Of a DNA stretch of 24,507 nucleotides, positions 1-6,945 are shown piece after piece. The notes beneath the pieces were generated by a model. The model searched no databases. It saw nothing but the letters and a program-made list of their open reading frames with translations, and was not told where the DNA came from. The stretch is taken from positions 1 to 24,507 of the forward strand of contig JBHLPH010000025.1 in assembly GCA_048939625.1 (NCBI GenBank), read 5' to 3'. The stretch's first letter is position 1. Each line of letters begins with the position of its first letter. Source of the DNA: Promethearchaeota archaeon. Its GTDB lineage: Archaea; Asgardarchaeota; Hermodarchaeia; Hermodarchaeales; Hermodarchaeaceae. The translations under genes were made by a program, and so were the position numbers.

Positions 1-321
1 AATTTTGATTTATCTTTCTTCACGCCGCCAGAGCTAGCATTTGGACTAAAAAGTTATTGATGAAGTAAATCATGAAAAAGAAAAGTTGATTTTGCTGAAG
101 TGGGGTGTGGTCTCCCCTCCAACAACACCTTAATATTATCCAGCCAGCCTATAAAGTGGAGAATACGCACTCCATCGTCGTTAGATTTCATTTTAATCTT
201 AATTTTAGCTATATTTTGAGAATAGAACCCACCATAGCTCTTTAAATACTGCAATATAAGCTTTAATGCGTTTTAAAAGGATTTTAGACCGGATTGATTA
301 GAAGATATAACAATAAAATAG

Positions 322-341
322 GACTTTATAACATAAAAGTC
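322..341 (+). promoter_or_regulatory. TATA box (TTTATA) inside a 6-bp inverted repeat; candidate promoter/operator of the 410/1827 gene pair
   Basis: GACTTT-ataacata-AAAGTC, ~70 nt upstream of ATG 410; SD-like GAGGT at 399-403. Confidence 0.4.
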
Positions 342-409
342 GCTTCAACACCAATTTGAAGACCAACCAACAAGTGTTGACATGTACTTCTTATCTTTGA
401 GGTAGATGA

Positions 410-1807
410 ATGCCTGTAGTTTCTGAAGAGTCTCTTGATACATTGGCAAACCAGATTCTTAGCCGTTTGGATCCACAAGATCGAAGCTATGCACTAGGTT
501 TGATACGAAACATCATAATTTTCATCAAACGGATTCAAGGCCAGGAGATTAGTGAAGAGGAGAAACATTATCCGCCTCATCCCCTTTTTTCACATTCCGA
601 ACAGAAGGGAGGGGAAAATAGTGCTAAAACCCTCCTCTACCGGTTAGAACTCGTTGATCGGTATCAGCTGGACAAAATGGAATACATAATCGATGTAATT
701 ACCAGAAGTATCCCATATGGAGGCAAAAAACCCCTTTCATCACGCAAGGCGCAGATTCTATGGCAATTATATCAAAACCCCATGGTTCCTAAATATAAAT
801 TGGCTAAACAAATCGGAACGACACCTCGAACCCTTTCAAAGGAAATCGCTGAATTAGAAAGAGACTATGCATTTCGAATTTTTACCTCAGTTGATTCCCA
901 TAAATTTCATTTAGTTCAGAAAATCATGGCCTTTGAAACAAAATCAATTGCTCACACAAGGAAATTAGCAAATTTTGTTGCTTATCACCGAGGTTTTCTC
1001 CGGTCATTTCGACTTGACCAAGATATGCGTCGCGGAACACTGATTTATCGATATCCAAATCAAAAGGACGGACACCGCTTCTTTGAAGCACGAGTAAAAT
1101 CGCTTCTGGATGAGTTATTAATTGAGGTTCAAATTATTCAGGTTATTGGTCTACACCAATTCATTTCTTTTGAAATGTATAATCCCGTAACTAGTGGTTT
1201 TTCAATTGAACCAGAAATTGTGTCACAAGTTCCCTTTGATTACAGCAAGAACCAGTTGGATACACTTCCACAGCCCCAGGGACTTGACTTCACCAAACCC
1301 ATTTGGTTTGATCAGGCAGATTTTCTCTTAGCCGACACGCTTTATTCGTCTGGTCCGCTTACTGACCCGAAATATAAACAACGACTCTTACAGAAACATG
1401 GAATCAACTATTCAATCAAAACGATTTGGAAGAAACAGCAACGTCTTCGGAAAGAAAACGTTGGATTTCCAACCATTGAATTACAAATCCCCGGTTTTGA
1501 TGAAGATTTGGTGCTTTTTGTATTTTGTACGCCAAAAGCTGCTACATCAATTCGGGCAATTTCTGCCTTTCTTCCTTATGTGATGGTAATTTCAACAGAT
1601 TCTGGTTGTTTGTTAAGGATTCAACGACCAGTTCATACCTCAACTCTAACGGGGCAACTCATCCGAAAAATCCACAAACATAGAGGTGTGAAGGATGTGA
1701 AACTTCTTCGATATCAAGATAGGCTTCAAACACCCTTATTGCAACATATTGTACATAAATGGAATACAGAAGAACAAACATGGACGGTAACAGAAGAAGA
1801 CATCTGA
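410..1807 (+). CDS. Putative transcriptional regulator: unrecognised N-terminal domain + tandem Lrp/AsnC-like wHTH-effector repeats (paralogue 1)
   Basis: 465 aa; HTH 1 LSSRKAQILWQLYQNP..KYKLAKQIGTTPRTLSKEIAELE; HTH 2 FDQADFLLA...YSIKTIWKKQQRL; aligns end to end by eye with 1827..3257 and 6946..8373. Confidence 0.7.
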   Translation: MPVVSEESLDTLANQILSRLDPQDRSYALGLIRNIIIFIKRIQGQEISEEEKHYPPHPLFSHSEQKGGENSAKTLLYRLELVDRYQLDKMEYIIDVITRSIPYGGKKPLSSRKAQILWQLYQNPMVPKYKLAKQIGTTPRTLSKEIAELERDYAFRIFTSVDSHKFHLVQKIMAFETKSIAHTRKLANFVAYHRGFLRSFRLDQDMRRGTLIYRYPNQKDGHRFFEARVKSLLDELLIEVQIIQVIGLHQFISFEMYNPVTSGFSIEPEIVSQVPFDYSKNQLDTLPQPQGLDFTKPIWFDQADFLLADTLYSSGPLTDPKYKQRLLQKHGINYSIKTIWKKQQRLRKENVGFPTIELQIPGFDEDLVLFVFCTPKAATSIRAISAFLPYVMVISTDSGCLLRIQRPVHTSTLTGQLIRKIHKHRGVKDVKLLRYQDRLQTPLLQHIVHKWNTEEQTWTVTEEDI

Positions 1808-1826
1808 TAAAAGGAAAGAAGAAACG

Positions 1827-3257
1827 ATGTCACGGAAAAAACCCCCTTCCAATTCAACTAGTCTAGAACCCGTTATAGATAAGCAATTCATTGAGAAGCT
1901 CATTAACCGATCCGAACCACGTGATGATCATGACGATTTGCGGCTTTTTCTAACGAATGTGCTACTTTTTGTGAAACGGGTTGATGGATTCGATTTAACA
2001 GAGGAGGAAAAAGAGTATCCATCCCATTCCCAATTTTCTCATTTGACTTTTCGCAAGGGAAAAAGTACTGCAGAGGGTTTGAAATACCGTCTAGACCTCA
2101 TTGATCGATATAATATCACAAATGCTCAACGCATAATTAATATCATTGCATCTACTGCCGTGTCAACTCCTAAGGAGAAATTAACTCCTCGTCAAATTCG
2201 CATAATCGAAGAACTTCATAAGAATCCAACCATAGCCCGATATCAACTTGCAAAGAAACTATCAACTACAGCACAAATTATCCGAAAGGAACTAACGCAT
2301 CTCCGACAACAATTTTCATTGGCGGTTATATACAATTTAGATTACTATAAATTTCGATTAGCCTTATATGAGATTGATTTCCGTACGAAATCCCTGAACG
2401 CATCTGAGCAACTTGAAAAATTTTACCGGAGAACCCCACCAATTTTCTTGCGCAGGATTAATTTTGATCACAACTATCGAGATGGTTTCTTTCATTACCT
2501 TGTTCCTAATCAACCAGCTGGTCAGCGAATGTTCGCTAAACGTCTAAAATGGCTAAATACGAATTTTTTTGAAGAAGCATCGACATTCAAAATTCAAAGT
2601 TTTCGAATTGATATATCATTTGAGAATTATAATACCTCAAATGGAACATGGATGCTTGATTCTGACTCATATTCCATTGGAGTCTTAGAGTTCCTCTCTA
2701 CTCACGACAGAGATACACTACCACACCGAGAGAAGATATTTGGAGAACCAATTCAATTTGACCGTACAGATTACATCATAGCTTCAACGCCTTTCATTTT
2801 TGGGGAAAAACAGCACATCGAGGTCTGCCAAAAGGTGCTAGAACAACATGGATATTCAATCTCCAAAAAAACAATTTGGAATAGAATAAAAAAGCTTCAA
2901 CAAACTGAAGCAATTTACCCCTCTGTTTGGTATGATAGCCCGGACCTTGAAGAACTTGTCAAGTTTAGCATTGAGTGCACTCCGGCAGCTTTCAAACCTA
3001 TCTTCAGACTCGTGTCAATTCTTCCATACACTTATTCTATCCGAACTGATGTTGGATTGACCTTTACTTTTCACCGTCCAAGTCGATGTGCATCAATAAC
3101 AGGTCTGCTAGCAAATGCTTTTGATCGAATAGACGGAGTTTCTAAAATCAAGATTTTCCGGTATGAACCTACCTTTAGTCCCCAACTATTTACAAAGACA
3201 GCAGACCGTTGGGATGAAAGTCGACAACGGTGGTTACTAAAGAAGGAGGATATCTAA
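1827..3257 (+). CDS. Putative transcriptional regulator, tandem Lrp/AsnC-like (paralogue 2)
   Basis: 476 aa, 19 nt after paralogue 1; LTPRQIRIIEELHKNP..RYQLAKKLSTTAQIIRKEL and FDRTDYII...SISKKTIWNRIKKL; same W-x-W..EDI C-terminus as paralogue 1. Confidence 0.7.
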   Translation: MSRKKPPSNSTSLEPVIDKQFIEKLINRSEPRDDHDDLRLFLTNVLLFVKRVDGFDLTEEEKEYPSHSQFSHLTFRKGKSTAEGLKYRLDLIDRYNITNAQRIINIIASTAVSTPKEKLTPRQIRIIEELHKNPTIARYQLAKKLSTTAQIIRKELTHLRQQFSLAVIYNLDYYKFRLALYEIDFRTKSLNASEQLEKFYRRTPPIFLRRINFDHNYRDGFFHYLVPNQPAGQRMFAKRLKWLNTNFFEEASTFKIQSFRIDISFENYNTSNGTWMLDSDSYSIGVLEFLSTHDRDTLPHREKIFGEPIQFDRTDYIIASTPFIFGEKQHIEVCQKVLEQHGYSISKKTIWNRIKKLQQTEAIYPSVWYDSPDLEELVKFSIECTPAAFKPIFRLVSILPYTYSIRTDVGLTFTFHRPSRCASITGLLANAFDRIDGVSKIKIFRYEPTFSPQLFTKTADRWDESRQRWLLKKEDI

Positions 3258-3266
3258 GTAGTTGGC

Positions 3267-4166
3267 TCAGGTAGATTCTGCCTGTGTGATTGTAAAGAAG
3301 TGATCTACCAATTCCTTCGCAATATTGATATCAGTGACTTGTTGTAAGCCTTGCCACCCACTACTGCTATTGACCTCGGTGACCACCAGTCCTTTATCGG
3401 TTTCCAGAATATCGACACCGGTGTATTCAAGTCCGATTTTCTTGGCACAGTTCACAGCAAGTTCTGCTAACTCGTGAGTAAGAGGGCAAGCCTGTGGCTT
3501 AGCGCCTTGTCGAAGTGCGCTCTTCCAGGAATCTCCAATACGCGTCATGGCAGCAATAGCTCTGTTTCCGATGACGAAAACCCGGATGTCTTGGTTTCCA
3601 TGTTCGAGATACTCTTGAACGTACATAACATAGCGGTTCGCTTCCAATGATCGAAAGACACGGCGAGCGATTTCGTGGTCGCTAACTCTGGTCATTCCTA
3701 CACCACCAGAGCCAAAGAGCGGTTTGACCACAACATCCTTGTATCGTCGAAAGGCTCGGAGCGCATCACGAGTATATTGAGTTACTGTGGTTCTTGGAAC
3801 TGGAATACCTGCGAGTTCAAGCAATCGTAAAGTATAGTATTTGTCCACTGCTTTTTCTATGGCATGGGGACGATTCATGAATGGAATCCCAAGTCTTTCA
3901 AGACAGTGAAGCGTATCCATTCGTAAAATGACTTGTTCCAAGGAGCCACCTGGTACAGCACGTGTGAAAACGCCTTGGAGAGTTGTAAGGTCTTCCTTCT
4001 TGTATTGGACTCTAGGACGCTTACCACCAACGTGGACGACCGTTTCGGTAATATCGAATACAACGCATTCAGTGCCTCTTTGCTGAATCTCATTTACAAC
4101 TTGACTAGTTTCCCATCCGTCTTGTTCTGCTGAAGCAACACCCACACGCTGAATTTGGTTAACCAT
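3267..4166 (-). CDS. RimK-family ATP-grasp alpha-L-glutamate ligase (H4MPT-linked MptN/Orf5-like or CofF-like)
   Basis: ATP-grasp motifs DKYYT, VVKPLFGSGGVG, YVQEYL, DIRVFVIG, GVDIL, EVNS; N-terminal PGGSLEQVILRMD resembles methanopterin-linked RimK proteins; 7 nt downstream of cofE. Confidence 0.85.
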   Translation of the reverse strand: MVNQIQRVGVASAEQDGWETSQVVNEIQQRGTECVVFDITETVVHVGGKRPRVQYKKEDLTTLQGVFTRAVPGGSLEQVILRMDTLHCLERLGIPFMNRPHAIEKAVDKYYTLRLLELAGIPVPRTTVTQYTRDALRAFRRYKDVVVKPLFGSGGVGMTRVSDHEIARRVFRSLEANRYVMYVQEYLEHGNQDIRVFVIGNRAIAAMTRIGDSWKSALRQGAKPQACPLTHELAELAVNCAKKIGLEYTGVDILETDKGLVVTEVNSSSGWQGLQQVTDINIAKELVDHFFTITQAEST

Positions 4167-4173
4167 GGTATTC

Positions 4174-4953
4174 TCACCGTCGAAAGAGATCCCTATCAGG
4201 TTCTCGAACTAGTATCCGAGCTGAAGCAAGCCCTTTTTCATATGTGTATCCACGAATCACAATTACAGCGTTTCCTTCATCAGCTTCGCCCATAAGTAAT
4301 TCCGCTGCTGAAGCCAGTTCATCAGCAACTGCGACCTTAGTCGAACGAAGTTCATATCCAAACAAATCTGTAAGTCCGATGTAGCTTTTCATAGGAATGA
4401 GCCCGGCAACCCCAATGGCTATATTGATGGCCCCTTCACGGAATGGTCGCCCATGCGTATCAGAGATAATAATGGCAACCTCAATACCTAATTGGTTCAT
4501 TATAGTCTGGCGAATACGTTCAGCTGAAGCATCGGGATCTTCTGGGAGAAGGGTGACACAATCGGAGCCAGGTACATTGGACGAATCGACCCCCCCATTG
4601 GCACAGACAAAACCATGGGTGGTTTCTACAATGAGATGGCCTTGTTCGGCACGAACGACTCGATTGGACTCTTGTAAAATTACTTCAACAAGTTCAGGTC
4701 GTTTATCCAGCTTATCCGCTAGCGACTGTGCTTCAGCGGATGGTTTGATATTAGAGAGATTTACAATTCGTCCTTCTGCTCGTGAGATGATGGTTTGTGC
4801 TATGACTAAGATATCACCAGAAAATAATGGGAAGCCACCGTCCTTAGTAGCTTGACAAATACGACTACCTATATCATCATTGGGTTGAATGACACCTAAC
4901 TTAGGTAAGACGTGAACGGAATAGGACGGAGATGGTGTTACGGGCGAATGCAT
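4174..4953 (-). CDS. cofE: Coenzyme F420-0:L-glutamate ligase (archaeal single-domain type)
   Basis: GDILVIAQTIISRAEG, GFVCANGGVDSSN, LLPEDPDASA, IISDTHGRPFREG, DLFGYEL, DELASAAELLMGEADEG..VIRG. Confidence 0.93.
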   Translation of the reverse strand: MHSPVTPSPSYSVHVLPKLGVIQPNDDIGSRICQATKDGGFPLFSGDILVIAQTIISRAEGRIVNLSNIKPSAEAQSLADKLDKRPELVEVILQESNRVVRAEQGHLIVETTHGFVCANGGVDSSNVPGSDCVTLLPEDPDASAERIRQTIMNQLGIEVAIIISDTHGRPFREGAINIAIGVAGLIPMKSYIGLTDLFGYELRSTKVAVADELASAAELLMGEADEGNAVIVIRGYTYEKGLASARILVREPDRDLFRR

Positions 4954-5093
4954 ATTGAGGTCATTCGGGATTCTGTGCCACCCGCTTAAGAGTCTGCCGA
5001 CTTCAATGAAGGAAAGCTATAAAGACGAGAACCACTGCAGCAATCTTATCAACCGGCCAACTTTGTCGGTCATAAACTTCGAGCGTGGAAAAC

Positions 5094-5702
5094 ATGCCTA
5101 AGAAATTCATCAAATATCACATTCAGAAAGACCAACTTGTGCGAGTCCCTCAAGAGTACCTAAACGAGTTCGGAACAGGTGATGTATACCTAGTTGACAC
5201 TGGACCCATCATTTACTCATGGATTGGGAAAAAGTCCACACCCGACGAACAGTTCATTGGGGCGGTTACCTCTGTATGGAAAGACCAAGATCGAAAGGGA
5301 ACCGCAAAACTTGTTACTGTCCATGAAGGAGAAGAACCCAAATCGTTTTTAGAATTACTTGGTGGAAAAATTGTGGTCACTAATCAAGATACTGAGGGGA
5401 TTCTGAAACGGATCGCACTCAAGCAACATGAGTTCAAACTTTTCCGCGTACACATCGAAGACGAATTGAAAATGTTTTATGAAGTTGAATGTAGTAAAGA
5501 CGTCCTCGACACAGATGATGTCTTCCTTTTGGATACCTATAATAAAATCTACATTTGGCGAGGAAGAGAATCCACAGCCTTCGAACGTTGGGAAGGTATG
5601 CGAATTGCTGAAGGATATGATGGGCAACGCGCTGGACATCAAGAAGTCATTATAGTCGAAGAAGGAGAAGAACCAAAAGAATTCTTCAAACTCCTCAAAT
5701 AA
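5094..5702 (+). CDS. Two-domain gelsolin-family protein (Asgard 2DGel-like actin regulator)
   Basis: Two gelsolin repeats: GDVYLVDTG.IYSWIGKKS..E...V.EGEEP.SF and DDVFLLDT..IYIWRGRES..E...VEEGEEP.EF; linker with WH2-like LKRI; ATG 5094 preferred over GTG 5085. Confidence 0.9.
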   Translation: MPKKFIKYHIQKDQLVRVPQEYLNEFGTGDVYLVDTGPIIYSWIGKKSTPDEQFIGAVTSVWKDQDRKGTAKLVTVHEGEEPKSFLELLGGKIVVTNQDTEGILKRIALKQHEFKLFRVHIEDELKMFYEVECSKDVLDTDDVFLLDTYNKIYIWRGRESTAFERWEGMRIAEGYDGQRAGHQEVIIVEEGEEPKEFFKLLK

Positions 5703-5733
5703 TAATTCACCAGAAACCAGAGTGGAGGAAACC

Positions 5734-5754
5734 AAAAAGGGGGAAGAAACCCCC
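5734..5754 (-). terminator. Hairpin + U-tract terminator for the minus-strand orphan operon
   Basis: Minus strand GGGGG-TTTCTT-CCCCC-TTTTT, between convergent genes. Confidence 0.6.
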
Positions 5755-5841
5755 AAGGTTCGATAACAATACAGTAGACCCCAGAGCCCTTCTTGGTCAA
5801 TTTCCCGCTGGACCTTTTTGCTCAATCCCGAGGATGCCAAT

Positions 5842-5908
5842 TCAACCCAGTTGAACTCTGCCCCAGTGCAGGCGAGAAACACCGGGACAGAGCCCTATGA
5901 CTGGTTAA
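5842..5908 (-). other. Long RNA hairpin starting at the stop codon of the 5905 ORF (3' UTR element or sRNA)
   Basis: GGGCUCUGUCCCGGUG (5895-5880) pairs with CACUGGGGCAGAGUUC (5868-5853): 16 bp including 4 G-U, 11-nt loop; basal UUAACCAGU/ACUGG-G-UUGA helix. Confidence 0.55.
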
Positions 5909-6252
5909 GTGGCCTCATCGAGGACTAAGCTAACGAATTTACCCAATCGACCCGTGTGCTGGATAGCCTTCTTGAGTCGGGCCTCGTGCGATGCCTTTTT
6001 AACGAGAAGATGATTCTCGCGGACAACAACGAGTTCGGTGAGAAGATCATAGAGTCGACGTAGTTCCATTCGGTCGACTTGCTGAGAAAGGCGTTCCAAG
6101 AGGCGGAACACGTCGTTCATCTCAACCTTCTCCAGCTGGTCAAAGTTGTCCGTGACATTTTGCGACCGCATAAAGGACCGGGCCAAGCGCAAAACTGGGT
6201 CGCTATTGTCTTCTGTCCCTGTGGTCACGGCAATTCCCCTCAGAGTCGCCAT
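5905..6252 (-). CDS. Hypothetical all-helical protein (115 aa)
   Basis: ATG at 6252 lies 1 nt after the TAG of the upstream ORF and follows GGGGGTG; MATLRGIAV...LVLDEAT with amphipathic helices; the 6354 start in the ORF track is probably an overextension. Confidence 0.65.
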   Translation of the reverse strand: MATLRGIAVTTGTEDNSDPVLRLARSFMRSQNVTDNFDQLEKVEMNDVFRLLERLSQQVDRMELRRLYDLLTELVVVRENHLLVKKASHEARLKKAIQHTGRLGKFVSLVLDEAT

Positions 6253-6253
6253 G

Positions 6254-6517
6254 CTACGCACCCCCAATGCTGGCGACGCTTGAGACTTCTTGACCAACCG
6301 GTTCAACGCGGATACGCACTCCAGCAGGAGTAGCTTCCACGGTGATCCGACCACTAAGACCGCAGGTATCCTTGACTAAATCTAATAGCAAGGTACCAAT
6401 CGCTCCGATTTCTCGAAGGTCTTCACTCCCCGTCTTGGGAGTAATGTCGATATCTATTGGGTAGGCGTCAATGACGCTAACAATTCGCTGGGTTTCTTCC
6501 ATCAGTTCTGTAGCCAC
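6254..6517 (-). CDS. Hypothetical small alpha/beta protein (87 aa)
   Basis: Strong SD AGGTGGAG then AAAAAA-GTG at 6517 (alternative ATG at 6556); MATELMEE...GRITVEATPAGVRIRVEP; coupled to the next ORF. Confidence 0.65.
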   Translation of the reverse strand: MATELMEETQRIVSVIDAYPIDIDITPKTGSEDLREIGAIGTLLLDLVKDTCGLSGRITVEATPAGVRIRVEPVGQEVSSVASIGGA

Positions 6518-6709
6518 TTTTTTCTCCACCTTTCTAAACACAAATGGGAAAAACATCAGAATGTGAGCACAATGCCGCGTTGATTAAGGATCGACTGAGC
6601 AAGCCATCTCAGTCATTCGCTAGAACGGAAACGGATTCGTTGCATGCGGTTCCATTGTTCGGTTTTCACATCCGGGGGGTTTTTCCCTTGCGAGTGTGTT
6701 TGCTGGAAT

Positions 6710-6741
6710 CTATTACAATCATTGTGCAATAGCCTTTATAT
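6710..6741 (-). promoter_or_regulatory. TATA box with adjacent 8-7-8 inverted repeat (candidate operator)
   Basis: CTATTACA-atcattg-TGCAATAG at 6710-6732 next to TTTATAT 6735-6741 (ATATAAA on the minus strand). Confidence 0.45.
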
Positions 6742-6891
6742 GGGGGTTCATGGAGGGGGTAACGGAGCTGACAAAAAAGCCGAAATAGCGAACAGAGACT
6801 GGGTAACCGCATGTTGTCACTTAAACTCAATTGGATTCACGTTTTTGTATAACAGAGAATTAAGTCAGCTTGTAAATTGAGGCATTTTCGT

Positions 6892-6910
6892 CAAAAGGAA
6901 ACTTTTTATG
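6892..6910 (+). promoter_or_regulatory. BRE/TATA promoter of paralogue 3
   Basis: Purine-rich CAAAAGGAAA followed by cTTTTTATG, ~27-45 nt before in-frame starts at 6937/6946/6952. Confidence 0.45.
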
Positions 6911-6945
6911 CTAGAATCTTTCTTTCTGACGATGGTGTGGCGCGC

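Noticed and set aside
54-254. 66-aa minus-strand ORF
   Set aside because: TTG start, no SD or recognisable motif, AT-rich intergenic context; cannot be supported
343-380. Overlapping short inverted repeats (CTTCAA/TTGAAG, TCAACAC/GTGTTGA) in the paralogue-1 leader
   Set aside because: 6-7-bp matches in AT-rich DNA are near chance level
5355-5882. 175-aa minus-strand ORF
   Set aside because: Antisense to gelsolin, runs through the terminator and hairpin, low-complexity F/S-rich translation
5842-5908. 3' hairpin as a SECIS element
   Set aside because: No in-frame UGA in the upstream ORFs; FwdB here has Cys (VCHGP); SECIS core motifs not evident
6203-6256. Pyrrolysine or other readthrough at TAG 6254-6256, or frameshift fusion of the two orphan ORFs
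   Set aside because: Readthrough meets another TAG 17 codons later; the second ORF has its own SD and ATG
6655-6705. GCAAAC..CUC-GCAA-GGG on the minus strand resembling a c-di-GMP-I riboswitch
   Set aside because: Downstream GGACGCAAAG and P3/receptor elements are absent
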